A stretch of DNA of 64,000 nucleotides from Marsupella aquatica. Lineage: Eukaryota; Plantae; Marchantiophyta. The notes beneath the pieces are model-generated. The model searched no databases and had not been told where the DNA came from. It saw nothing but the letters and a program-made list of their open reading frames with translations. Both the position numbers and the translations under genes were made by a program. Location: NCBI GenBank assembly GCA_973895155.1, contig OZ316894.1:26273240-26337239 (forward strand). The letters run 5' to 3'. This document shows positions 13,801 to 26,409 of the stretch, in pieces (the stretch's first letter is position 1; every line of letters begins with the position of its first letter).

Positions 13801-15651
13801 ATGGCTGATCCTTGGGATTGGCAAGATGGTGGCTTCAAGTTGGATGGCGAATCTCCACTAGGTGGGTCATCGGACTGCACTTCTGGGTTGTTTCTTAGAT
13901 GATGCACTTCGTTAGGTTGATCTTTCTCCCGAGGTTTCTGTAAGTATTATTGTAGCTTAAGAGTTTGCTGTCTTCTCCCATACAGAAATTACCCGCTGTC
14001 TGTGGGATGAGATTGCCCACAGTGAAGAAGACTCGCGATCTTTGTTTTCAACCCCGCTGACAGACATTACCACACAAGATCCACCTTATTACTCGTTCCG
14101 CGGCCAGCGAGGTAAGATGACCACACTGTTAAGAGAGTGCTCTTCGTTCCAGTTGACTCGTCTATTCTTCATGCAGCGATCTTCTCGATGGATAAATCTT
14201 TCTCAGGACCTGATCAGGAGTAAATCTTTTGATTGCATCAGATGCAGAATCACTTGCGCAACGTTTCTCCAACAGTGGTTTGCATGGTGGGGGTAGTAGT
14301 CCCCGAGTGAAGAGACGCCGCCTCCTTTTCTCCGAGGATCCTCTCTACGATAACTGCGACCCGCAATTGGAATCTGAATCTGACAATGTGATCGAATCAT
14401 TCACGGTTAGACTCTGGTTCATCGCTTGCCTGTCGATCTCGTGGTCCAATTTCGTTCGTGCTAGCGGAAATTATGATGGGGGATTACGAAGCTGGCATTG
14501 ATTACTTAATTCTTGTTGTTCTCCGCCTGCAGAACTGCGTCGACCCAATGATACAAGTGTGCAGCTCTGGCTTACAGCAGTCCATGGATGTTAATTCGTT
14601 ACAATTAGACTCACTATGGTACAGGCATTGTGGTGAGTTCGATGGCCTCATCACCTATTGCTTACGCTGAGTCCTTCCAATTCTCGTCAGAAACTTAGTA
14701 GTGTTGTCCGTTGATATTTCTCAGAAGATATGGCAGCTCCATTCGGTGGAGTGGAGACCGGGTCTCACAACTTGGTGGCACAGTCTGTGGGCGACGAGAA
14801 GAATCAAGTCCCCGTCGAGTTTAACGCGTGAGTAATAACGTCTACCGCGATCAACATCTGTTTACTTCGATGTTTTTAGGGAGGGGCGAGGGGTTAGTTG
14901 GGATCAATCCACTGTGTATTGCACAAGTTTAAATGGAGCGTGGTTAGGAGACGAATTCTAAAGAGTTGCACTGATATGGTATTGCAGAAAATTCGATCCG
15001 CTGTGGTCTGAAGGGCAATGCTTCCCTCAACGCAACGAGGATATGGTTCAAGGTCCTGGTACTCCAATACCAGGAAGTTCCCCGTTGTATAACAGTAGGT
15101 TCCTGAGCTCATCGACGCGAGTGAGACCAATCACGTTATTCATATTTGCCCCATGCATGGACGGGACGTTATTCCCGAAATAATTTTTCATTTACAGCCC
15201 AGTAGCAACAAGCATGAATACCAGAGACTGAGTGAATTCATCGTGCTCATGATGGCTGAATTCATCGTGCGCATGATGGCTTTTGGCAGGTGACAGTAAT
15301 CACAATTTCGATAGCTCGGGAGCTGAGACCAGTCGGAGGAATCAGCGGTCCCCACCCCCAACAACATATCCGAAGGTGTCTACTCCCGTTGCCTATCCAT
15401 TCACGCTCCTTAAACCGTCGGAGACAGAGGGGGGAATTACCCTCAAAGACATCAATCAGCGAATCCTAATGCCACCTTCACGGCCATTGCCTCACGTCCA
15501 GCAGGCGGTGGACGAGAGCTCCTGGTCCTTCGGCGCTTCTTGCTCCCCGATGGACCCGGGCCTGGGTCTGTCCGGGAAGTCCGTAGTCGCACGAACCAAA
15601 ATTCATACCGAAGGCAACGGAACGATAACAATTATGCGAACTCGGGGCTAA
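13801..15651 (+). CDS. XRI1: XRI1-like protein (X-ray induced 1 family), 7 coding exons
   Basis: Exons 13801-13861, 13986-14111, 14242-14405, 14533-14632, 14725-14827, 14988-15094, 15290-15651, all GT-AG and in phase. N-terminal WDWQ, KRRRLLF and the C-terminal AYPFTLLKP...TLKDINQRILMPP...GLSGKSVVARTKIHTEGNGTITIMRTRG are XRI1 hallmarks. Exons 5-6 are less certain. Confidence 0.85.
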
Positions 15652-17027
15652 CGTATTGGGGTGGACATCAAGTTCTGCTTTACAAGGACTACATTTTTCT
15701 TGGGAATCCGATTCCCGCTCAACCCGTTACCTAAGTTCTGGTTGCAGTGTTTGCTAGAACGGTCTATGGCATCATTTTGAGACCTTGCCCACCCAAGACC
15801 CCCTATTTTCAGGCTAAGTTGCAGCCTGTCTCACCGGACTATGCGGCACCTAACATGGAGTCATAAAGATCGAAGCTACAATTACTCCCGGCTCAGTGAG
15901 CTACGAGTAACGGATCAATGCAATCCTAGATTTGATGAGTGTAAGATACCCACGCAGTGTACCATATTCAGTGAGTAGTAAAGACGGAGAAACCACCTTC
16001 TCTGCCGACAAATTGGAGTCAATTTCGATGTACTCCCGAGCTCAAAAGTAGAGTACTAGTTTTTCCTATCCCGGCTCCTTCATGTGCCTTTGTTATGCTA
16101 GTTTAGGAGTAGGTCTCCGTGGGTTGGAGAGTTGGAGAAGATCGTCCATGGACAATCTGTACAGGCAGGACTTGCTCCCATTTAAATATTGACATTGATA
16201 TCTAAATCTACACACCATGATATCCAATTATGCTTTCTCTCTCAGTGGCTTAGTGTATGTTTTCAGTTGTTTCATTTTATTTTTAATTTTTAATTTTTAA
16301 AAACATTTTAAGGGGAAATCTGTGAAACAAAGGGAATAGTGTGAATAGTGTGACCTATGAGTCTTAACAGCCATGCCTCTTTGAGCTTGTTTAATTTTTT
16401 CTTTCTTGTAAACCATTAGAAGCTTTCATTTTCATCACTACACCTGCAATGGCACCTCCATCTTGTGATGAGACTTTTCCTTTTTACCTGTTCGTCGTGT
16501 ACATTTTTTAACTATCTTTAGAATGAAAACGGCAGCTGCAGTACGAAATTGGGTGTAGTTTAACAATGAACTTCAACTCTTCACCATAATTGAATTGTCC
16601 CTAATGTTATTTATCCATTCCATTCCAGCTTAATGCGGTCTTTAATGAAGTGCACAAAAGGTGGTACTTTCCAGTCATGTACTTGCCGTCTTTCAGTATG
16701 AATTAAATTCCTTTTGCGCTGTGCTTTCACGACAAAAAAGGCTACGTGATTTTCCTCTCTGCACTTATGCTCTCCCCAACTCTCCCTCACATGATAAATT
16801 AGGTAATGGTGTCCTCTAAAGGCACCCTATATTATTTTGAATCTGAATTAGGTTGAGATGATCATGATGCTCTCTGGGTCGGGGCATTCTGGCATAATTG
16901 ACGATAGTCTTAGTTCGGCGAGCAACCAATGCCATCTCAGCTTGGGACTCGTGGTATAGTTGTAGTCTCCACAAGCTCAATGCTCAAGTCAATTGTAGTT
17001 TCAACTAGGTTGTCATTGTGGCCATTT

Positions 17028-17223
17028 GATTGTTGTGGAAGTGTTCTATTCTGGTCATATTATTTGTGCAATCATAGTTGCGGATGTCTCATTATTTAGA
17101 CTGGGTAGTTATTGCTGTCATTGCGGCAGTGTGATTGTTGTGGAAGTGTTCTCTTCTGGTCATATTATTTGTGCAGTCATAGTTGGGGATGTCTCATTAT
17201 TTAGACTGGGTGGTTATTGCTGT
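17028..17223. repeat. Two-copy tandem duplication, 105 bp period
   Basis: GATTGTTGTGGAAGTGTTCT.TTCTGGTCATATTATTTGTGCA...TTAGACTGGGT.GTTATTGCTGT occurs twice. Confidence 0.9.
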
Positions 17224-18180
17224 AGAAATGTTGTCATTTGGGATAATGTTCTTGCTGCAAGAGTGATTTTGTTTTGGTCATATGTTCTCATTTGCTGCAA
17301 AATATTGTTGTTGACGTTGTTGTTGTTTGGGGAGGGTTCTGGGTACCCCTTTTTCTCTCCCTTTACATCCCCTCTTTCCCTTGTTCTATACTACTTGTAA
17401 AGCTTGAGGGTGCAGGAGGGCACACAAGGGATTCATCACTCAATCACTGTACTTTGCCACTAAAGATGCTCTAATTTACAGTATTGCCACATCATATATG
17501 GATGACAAGTTCACCAATGGAACCAAGTGAACTAGTGTATATACCAAAACCATGGTATATTTGTTAATACAATAAAAATAGTGAAAATATTTTTAATTCA
17601 AACATATTAAGTGGCAATGTACTTAGAAGCTAAAATGATGCTCCCATGGACCACAACGTTGGTCTTTGAAAAGCCCCCTGGACCACATTTCCAAAAAAAT
17701 GAGTTTAATTGTAATAACTTAATGTTAGTAGTTTCAAATATTTTTTAGTTTTGAGTATCTACTAGAGGAGTAGGTAAGCTACACTTCCATCTGAGTTCTG
17801 GCCAGAAAGGTATTCCACTTAGAAAAATTATCAAAGTTTTGGCCATTGTGGTGGAGTTATTCATCATGCAATGCGGAGGGGTAAATTCTATTAAATTAAT
17901 TTATTGGGCTTGTGCTTTTTAAGGTCTCCTGCTTCTATAGTTGCATTGAAAATGTAAAAAGTTTTTTTTTAAGGACTCATAATCATCACCTTATAAGCCC
18001 AAAACTCACATGGACCACCGAAATGTCCATTTGGTGGGTCCATCTGTTTCACTTTCACTTAGAAGCTGCTAAAAAGAATCCCTTCTATAATTTCATTCGA
18101 GAAAAAACTTTGGCTTGTGGCACAATTGCATGTCCAGTGCAGTTTGGCAATTGCAAGGCCAATATCAAATGCGGCTTTGG

Positions 18181-18398
18181 GGGAAGAATAGCCAGTGGAT
18201 AGGTCACGGTGAAAGATTTTTCACTGGGCATAGACATGTTAGATCGATGCCCAGCTGTTTTAGTCTGGGAACCTTTGTTGCATAGTTTAGGGAAGAATAG
18301 CCAGTGGATAGGTCACGGTGAAAGATTTTTCACTGGGCATAGACATGTTAGATCGATGCCCAGCTGTTTTAGTCTGGGAACCTTTGTTGCATAGTTTA
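18181..18398. repeat. Apparently exact two-copy tandem duplication, 109 bp period
   Basis: GGGAAGAATAGCCAGTGG...TTGTTGCATAGTTTA at 18181-18289 and 18290-18398. Confidence 0.95.
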
Positions 18399-18567
18399 AA
18401 CCGCTCCTAGCCATACAAAAGGGGGTAGTGTCCAAGACTTCTCCCTTTTTCACTTTACTCTCATTCTTCTCCTCTCCGGTTCCATATTTCTCCACAAAGT
18501 CATGAAATGATAGTGTTTATGGTGAAACCTGGTGCAACCAGGTTTTCATCATGGCTGGTGGTGGTTT
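18398..18567 (+). mobile_element. MITE-like element, family A, copy 1
   Basis: Imperfect TIRs AAACCGCTCCTAGCCAT and ATGGCTGGTGGTGGTTT. Internal GGTGAAACCTGG...CCAGGTTTTC and GGGG...TCCAA blocks are shared with inverted copies at about 22825 and 25085. Confidence 0.6.
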
Positions 18568-20336
18568 GAAGTAGAGGTTGGATGTCCATTGACCACCAAG
18601 TATGTCCTCTATGAAATTAGAGTGTCAGAGAAAGTATAACTTTCTTCCTCAATCTGGATATTTGATCAGCTGCCTAGTTTACCGCCCTCAATCCATCTTC
18701 GATAGCCAATTGTGATGAAGCTATCACTGCTCTGATTGCTCGCTCTTCATGCTTTCTTTCCGAGTACAACGCTTACTTCTCAAACAGCCTCTGAACCGTC
18801 TGGGCCGGATTCTCACTTTCCACCTCCATAGGAAATAGTGCATTAACCAACTGATCAGACAAACGAAATGTATCTGTACACTGTTGATTGTTGCATGGGC
18901 CAGCTCGTTATGCCTGGTTTACGAAGAATTTTCAATGCTGTTCGTGTCATTAGAGAATTATCTATCTGAAATCGAGTTTGTGCATTGGACAATAAGTGAC
19001 CACTACCCACGCTATCCTTTAGGACAAAAACTTCATATTCTATGCTGATCAAACTGAAGCCAGCATTATGTCTCCGATGAGCGAAGCAGCAGCTGAACAG
19101 TTTCCCAGAAATGGATTTGTTGACAGGAAGCAAACCTATCTGGCAATAAATTGATATTGCCGCATAATCCGTGGTAACACACAAAGAGTTCTCGATCACA
19201 GAAGCTCCACCACAAAGCACTGAACACTCCCCACGGCACACCACTAGTCCCACCGACGAATCTTTACTGGTGGCATTCAGTGCAGTTGGATGCATAACCC
19301 TAACCCCGTGCAAGTACCAGGCAAGAACAATATATCCTTATTCTTGAAGACTAATTCTCAAATAACAACTCTCAACCTGGACATACTCCACCAACCTACG
19401 CAATGGTACTTCCATAAACATGTAATTGAGCTCGAGATGTAAGCCAGAGTAGAACCACGATTTTTTCAACTTCTTTGGAGTTTGAATTCCAAAAAGCAAC
19501 CATTCAGGGTAATTAGCAACGAGGGGAATATTGATCAAACCTGAACAAACTTTCATGGCACCCAGAGTCTAACTAAGGCTCTCACACGAAATTGGCAGTT
19601 TTGGGTCAACCATTTGGGCAGCTGCCCCAACAATTCATCTTTCCAATATCGCTAAAAAATCATCCCGTTTTCACCGGAGCCGGTTTACAGATGCCACAAA
19701 CGAGTCTGAGAAACCAGGTACAGGCCATCCAAAATGTGATTACAGAGTTCAATCAGCCACAATTTGGCAATTCGGCTTGAACCACAGAATGAAAAGATGG
19801 CTTCCAGAACATCCTCTTGGACCACCAGCAAAGCCTTCAGCCTTCAGAAGAAAAGAATGCCAACACCCGAAGGATGACTCTTGACTCCTCTCGTTTGAGC
19901 TCTGTGAGCCATGGACTTCAAGATCCTGAACGTGAAACGTTCTGTCTGTGGAAGGTCTCTCAAAACGTTCCATGCATTTGATCATAGTATGGAGAGGACA
20001 AAATCAGAACTCAATCGACTCTGACTCAGCATATTTACGTTGCAAAGGCCAACTGCTAGCAAACGCCTCAATCACTCTACCATGCTGACCTCGCCATTTC
20101 TTTGCGAGGGCTTCGACCTGCCCATTCCGAGGAGAGGTCAAAGCCCTGCAAATGGGTCAATGTTCTCCAAACAGTCCTTCCCTAAGCGCTTGGTCAGGGA
20201 GGAGAGTGGCTGGCTACTGCATCCGTTAACAGGGCTGAGCAGGATGGAGGACATGTCGTAGTGCAAGTACCTTTTCATGTTAAGTACTTGATGAGCAGCA
20301 CAACAATTGATTCCGTAAGAAATAAAATTTCCCCTT

Positions 20337-21332
20337 TCAAATTACAACTCTCTGGAAGCCGTTAGTGTCGGGCAGCTCCTCCTTCAGTTCCGGTTCGCTG
20401 TCTTCCTCTTCATCGTCTTCTCCCAAAACATGGAAATAATTAACCTGTGATGGTTCCTGTCCCATTTCTGTTTCATCATTCAACTCTCTTGCCATATCTG
20501 GGACTTGGCCGTCACCCAACCGCTCGTAGGTTTGAGGAACAGAATAGACCTTGCTAAGCACACCGTAGATGGGAAGTAGAATCAGGAGGAGAACGGCAAG
20601 ATGACAGTTGAATTGAAGAGTGGCGAGGGCCTTACCCCTCATGAGAGCAGACATTCCTGCACAGCTAACCGTGTAAACACCTTCACTCTGCTGAACCAAG
20701 TCACACCCTTGTGCCATCAATTTGGTGCTGAATAACGAGGCTGCCATCTGGAAAAACCAAGTACCCTGCAGGATAAGGGCCAGGCTTTGAACGAGACGGG
20801 GTAGAATCGCTGCGGGTAGGGCTATCTCTATAACAGAGACCAGCAGACACACTCCAATGGGAACAAGAAGTAACGAGTAGTACTGTGCCTCAAGGCCTGC
20901 GGCGGTACTCTCGTCGCCACTCGTTAAATAAAAGAGGGAGAACTCTTGCCCGAAAGCAACCACACCCAGTAAGTCAACCATCCCTGCCGGCAAGGGGAGA
21001 GCTGTGGTGCCTTCGCTGATTAAAGCTACAACTGCATACAGTAAGAATACCGAGGCGACCCCGAATCGCTCAAGCGCCAAAGCCGCTCCAACTCCGGACC
21101 CATTTTTGATTGTCGTTGTAGAAATCAAGCTAAATATCATGTGAAGTACTGCAAGAAGAACCACAACTGTGTGCATCCCATATCGGGCAAATCCGGAAGA
21201 AGAACTAGGATATCTGTTGCTCGTAGATGTTCCGCTCAATTTGAAGGCCTTCACAGATACGAAAGCCTGCCATAAACCAACTCCAAGAAACCCTGCCCCG
21301 GCTCCAAGCTGCCCAAAGAACGCCATCTCCAA
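20337..21332 (-). CDS. TMEM45 / DUF716 family multi-pass membrane protein, 331 aa, single coding exon
   Basis: Intact ORF with several hydrophobic helices. Family-like motifs FFGQLGAGAGFLGVGLWQ, LEAQYYSLL, LILQGTWFFQMA, RGKALATLQFN; acidic C-terminal tail. Confidence 0.85.
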   Translation of the reverse strand: MEMAFFGQLGAGAGFLGVGLWQAFVSVKAFKLSGTSTSNRYPSSSSGFARYGMHTVVVLLAVLHMIFSLISTTTIKNGSGVGAALALERFGVASVFLLYAVVALISEGTTALPLPAGMVDLLGVVAFGQEFSLFYLTSGDESTAAGLEAQYYSLLLVPIGVCLLVSVIEIALPAAILPRLVQSLALILQGTWFFQMAASLFSTKLMAQGCDLVQQSEGVYTVSCAGMSALMRGKALATLQFNCHLAVLLLILLPIYGVLSKVYSVPQTYERLGDGQVPDMARELNDETEMGQEPSQVNYFHVLGEDDEEEDSEPELKEELPDTNGFQRVVI

Positions 21333-22824
21333 TCTGTCACTTCCTCATCAATCGAATTGTACGACTACTTCCTTTCCTTGGTCGCGGGGTTTACTGGCGA
21401 CGGCCACTCTACGGCATGACCTCTGCCTGGATGGAATTCGGCCCCGATTACGGATTCCCTCAAAATCCAAAGCTAGCACCTTAGATGGGTCAAAACCCAA
21501 TCAGACAGGAAGAACATCCTCAGTGCCCTACCGATCGCATTTCAGTTGCTCTGCATTCCCAACGAAGAATTTCTCACCTAGGTTATTTTTCAGTGAAGGC
21601 AACTGCTATCAGGCGACCAGGCTCAGATCGAATTAAAATGGTCAACGAAAGGAGGAAATCATACGAATGAATAACCAGCAGCCTCAAGTACAAAACAAAA
21701 GTGCAAGTCAGACAGGCCAAAGAGGAGCTGACACCACGCATAGAAACCCTGGCTGCCCCAACAGTCCAAAACAGAAAAACTGGCCGGCCCACCTTACTCC
21801 CCTACTTCTCAAAGTACCTGCACCCGAGAGGAATAAAAAGAGAACATATCTTGATGACACAAGCGAAGTAACGGACAGACAAGTGAATTTCTAGAATCCA
21901 CAGGGTTCCTGACGGACATCAGGCAGAGGACTGTGGCATGGCCCGTGAAGACGGAGCACATATCAAAAGGTTTTTAAGGTATGCAAGTCTCCCTCAAGCA
22001 GCTTGTGAGCAAAACATACTACCGACCCACTGACACTGAGCGCTGTAGCTGTGGGGCTCACTCACCGGTATGGGGTCATCAGTAGACTGTACACAAGAGA
22101 CCTCCAGTTAAAACGTACATCATCCAGTAGAAGAAGAACAAATGACTATCGTCAATCTACATATGCTAGTTGGCACGAGCTATGTGCCGGTGGATGCAGT
22201 TTCGCAGCGCGTTGCTATTCTCAATTGCTTTGATCCTACGAGGGTTCATTTGGCAACTGAGAGTAATCTCGCTGGTTCTGTAGTTGCTCTCCACCACCAA
22301 GGCCAGAAGTTGAAGAGAGGTTTGCGGCTGACGCCAAAATAGATGCAGAGAAAAGAGAAGGCGGGGAAACACCATTAATCAGAAAGCAGGACCAAAACTA
22401 GTGGAGAATACAGAGAGAGAGGGAGACACTACCTTCAATCAGTCCACAAAAACGATGGTGCCTCTGTGACGCCCCCGCTTCAGTTTTGAGCAAAGGAGGC
22501 CGTTCTATTAAATGACGACCGATCAAATCCACAACAGAGTATGATTACACGACGAGAGATCAACAGAGAAAGCTTCGGGCAGATCCCCGAGAGATCCCCC
22601 ACCCCCAGATTCCTACTCCCCAGGACCGTTTCTACCAGACGCCCATCATCACCTACCTCGCCATTCTAATTTTCCCGATAGTTTTCCCGATGTTGCTGTT
22701 CACCACCGAACTTGCGAGCCCATCGCCTCCTATGAGTGCTTACCAAATCAACGGTCCCTGCACATCCGACATATAGTGTGTACCGACATCCTTCCATAGT
22801 ATGATAAACTTCTTTATTTTCTTC

Positions 22825-22970
22825 AACCCTCCACTAACCATGACAAAAACCTGGTTTCACCATAAATAGTATAATTTCCTTAGTTTGTGAAGCCGTATGG
22901 AAGGGAGAAGAGGAAAATGAAAAAGAGAGAAAGCTTGGATATTTCCCCCTTTTATATGGCTAGTGGGGTA
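22825..22970 (-). mobile_element. MITE-like element, family A, copy 2 (inverted)
   Basis: CCACTAACCATGAC...AACCTGGTTTCACCATAAA...TTGGATATTTCCCCCTTTTATATGGCTAGTGG is a diverged reverse complement of 18398-18567. Confidence 0.55.
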
Positions 22971-23403
22971 AATACAGTGTGGTAAATACAGTGTGCACAT
23001 ATCAATGTATATATGTACATTCTACCATGTCTAATTGCAAGCTCCTGGGAAGATACCCCAAGCTTGCAATTATACATGTTATGTACTTCATCATAAGTGC
23101 ATGTTGCACTTCTCCATATGTGCCTGTTGCACTTTCCAATAAGTGCATAATGAAATTGCTTATGTTGTAAGTTCCACAAATGTCAGGTCATACACATTGG
23201 ACTTCTCATACCCAGGATACTCACAGTGCACAACTCAATTGGATAAGTGCATGAATCTACAATGTGTAGTTCTCTGCTGCACTAAACCCATAAATGTTTC
23301 TAACATTTGTGTTGTAGTAACTGATTAATGCATCTATACTCTTATAGACAGAAATGCCCTTATGTCTTTGTCTTTTAGTGACAGAGAACTTGCACTTACA
23401 GAC

Positions 23404-23593
23404 GGTGCATTTACAAAGGAATTTGCTGTATTATTGAGGCACACTATGTGGGCTGACTTGGTGGGTTTGTGATGGAGTTTAGACACAAGTATGGTTAAGT
23501 GGTGCATTTACAAAGGAATTTGCTGTATTATTGAGGCACACTATGTGGGCTGACTTGGTGGGTTTGTGATGGAGTTTAGACACAAGTATGGTT
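23404..23593. repeat. Apparently exact two-copy tandem duplication, 97 bp period
   Basis: GGTGCATTTACAAAGGAATTTG...AGACACAAGTATGGTT at 23404 and 23501. Confidence 0.95.
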
Positions 23594-24306
23594 GTTTTGC
23601 TGGGTTGAGCCATCATAGTAAAGTTCAAAGATCTTGTATTTCAGATGAGCACATGCAAGATGCACTGGCTACCCTTCTTACATCCCTATCTAACTCTCAG
23701 TCCCACTAGTATATTGCCCACCACAAAGACATTTGGGGCCCTCTTCCACTTCATCTTTCTCAGGTTTTGATTCCCTTTAACTCCATGAATCACCCCTTGT
23801 CTCTACATCATCATCGTCATCAGGCCTCTATGCTCATGTTTGTTCAATCCCCACCTCTAGCTTAGCCTCTACATGCTCCTCATTCCTAGAGGAGAGACCC
23901 CAATAGGCATGTCCAGATTGAGATTAGGTTGGCATCTCCCTCCCTCATCACTGAGGGGCGGTGGCAGTTAAGATTATAACTAAAAAATGAGAGACTTTAC
24001 AAACTCCCAACTGCTATGGTTGACAACAGGCATAGTCCCAATCAGAGCCCCCTTTGGGTCAACCTGTTTGCTTGACCCCTTCCTTGTTGGAGGCATCCAA
24101 GTAGGGCACAGAGTTGCCATTGTAGCCTACCATCATAGGCTTTATTTCCACATCCCACATGCATCGAGTCAGTCTGCTTGGTCCTTCTTGTTCAAGCCCA
24201 TGTAGCTTCCTTTGGCACATCCCACTGAGATGTCCTATAATTGGTCTTTGCTTGTGATACTTTGTTAATAGTGGACACTCACCTTCCCAGAGTCAATCAT
24301 CATGAG

Positions 24307-24552
24307 ATTGCATCAACATCCATCATTTGTTTTTTGAGAGGGGATTGTGAGCAGCTTCAGGAAGTCAGAGTTATGCTAATCATTGTCTTCATCAACAATC
24401 ATACAATCCACTTCCTCTATTCTTGGGGGATTGCATCAATGTCCATCATTTTTTTGGAGAGGGAGTTGTAAACAGCTTCAGAAAGTCAGAGTTATGCTAT
24501 TCATTGTCTTCATCAACAATCATACAATCCACTTCCTCTATTCCTGGGGGAT
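24307..24552. repeat. Two-copy tandem duplication, about 122 bp
   Basis: GATTGCATCAA..TCCATCATTT...AGTCAGAGTTATGCTA...CAATCATACAATCCACTTCCTCTATTC.TGGGGGATT occurs twice. Confidence 0.9.
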
Positions 24553-25084
24553 TCTTGGCCAAAGGAGAATATAGAATCTAGTAGAGACCATCTATTGTAT
24601 GCATTATTACGTGATGCATTTTTTCACAAGGTTCACTTCAGGCTACATTTACGAGCATTTTTTAGATTTGTTTCCCTTGGTAGTGCCTTCCCGTTCTGGA
24701 TGGTTGTATCACGATAGGATGGTTTCCAGTCCCTCTCTCGGATTTGGAAGCATCTGCCATAATATTAGCCATCACTAGGACTATTGGACCATTCAGACAC
24801 GGGGATTTCTATTTGCCTTCCCCATGAAACGGGTGGAAATGCACGGAAAGGGGGCAGAGTTAGGGGCATCATTGACGGTTGTCGTGAAATGAGGGAAAGT
24901 TCGACCATAACACTAGTACAATGCTAAAAGTTAGAAAGCTCAGACAAATAATATCTCAAGACTGCATTGGTGGCAAGAGGGAGAGGATTCAAGTTCTAGA
25001 AACCCTGCAATTACATCAGTGTCTGAATTTGGGAGATAGGCAGTGGACCTTGAGTTCACATGTGGGCGCCAGAAAGTAAGTGTT

Positions 25085-25256
25085 AATAGCGCCACTGTCC
25101 ATCATGAGACCTGGATCCACCAGGTTTCACCTTTAACAAGCAATGTGCCCTGAAATCGAGGAGGGTTGCAAAGTAGGAGAGGGCGGTGATCAGAATCTAT
25201 AAAAAGGGGGAAGGTTTGGACACTTCCCCTTATACTTACATGGCCAGCGGTGGTTT
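25085..25256 (-). mobile_element. MITE-like element, family A, copy 3 (inverted)
   Basis: CCATCATGAGACCTGGATCCACCAGGTTTCACC...TTGGACACTTCCCCTT...ATGGCCAGCGGTGGTTT resembles the reverse complement of 18398-18567. Confidence 0.55.
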
Positions 25257-26409
25257 AAGTGGGCAGTGCGAAGCTGATGAGTGATGCCTGCCTAGGCCAG
25301 TGGGCAGCAAACAGAGACAGCGATCACGACTGCAATTGAGATGGGTAATCTGGGAATTATCTGATAAGACGGGTGGCATTTGGGAGTTTGCCTAATAAAA
25401 CAGCCAAGCACCTCTACTCCATTGAGATTTATTCGAAGCCCTCCTCAGGATCTGCAACATGAACGAGGCAGAATAATCCAAATCTGCCACAAGAATCATG
25501 ACAATGCATGAGACAACCTCTACAAAATGTATCTCAAGTCCATTGACTACCGATCAAGACGCAGGAGACGAGCGTTCTGTGCGCTCAATGACTGTCTGAA
25601 CAGACTAGCTTTCAACTTGCTAGTATGAACTCCACTCGGGTTTTAGCAATAAACAGGATCTTCCCGACATCAAGTCTACGCCGGTTCATTTGAGACCCTT
25701 ACACTTTACCTGTGACAACGATCCTTTTCAGTAGGAAATCTAGTTTTATTATAAAGTGATTTCAGCCTCAGTCACCAGCTAAAAGGCGGGTGGAAAATGA
25801 ACTGCAGACAAGATGGGGCAGTCGGGAAAACTTCAAACTTCAACCACTTTCAAAACGAACCACGGCAAAGATGGGGAATTGTTTTGAGTCCGGGAGCCCA
25901 AAAGGGAAAAACCACTTCGGCTGACACACCTCTGGGTTTTCTTTGCCTTGAAACCCGGATGCGGATCAAGTGTCACACATAAAATCACACATCCCACCTC
26001 TGGTTTAGATATGTTTACTTCCACCTGCCAGATCTTCACCAGAAACAACAACGGACTGTTTCACCTCTGTTTGTGGATCTTCTTACTTGCACCTAATCTT
26101 CATTAACACTTAACAATCTCATCGCTTACCTGTGATCTTCTCTTTAATTTCGAAGATCAGCGTGCGATGTAAATAAATGACCAACTTACCAATCCATTTA
26201 TCCCTTCAATCCCTTTTAACATCGAATTCGTCGGTCCCCAAAAGCGTATGATTTATCCAGATACACAGGCCAAGCAATTGGTACTTCCACGTCGACGGCA
26301 TTGGCAATTTATGTCGTACAATATCTTCGTGCCAGACTTAAGGAGATTACAATTTTGCAAATTATAGAAAAAATCGCAGAATTCAAGATAACATGAATAT
26401 TCGCCCTGA

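Noticed and set aside
18855-20261. Several ORFs up to 152 aa downstream of the TMEM45-like gene
   Set aside because: No family motifs and mostly non-ATG starts. Likely 3'-UTR or intergenic.
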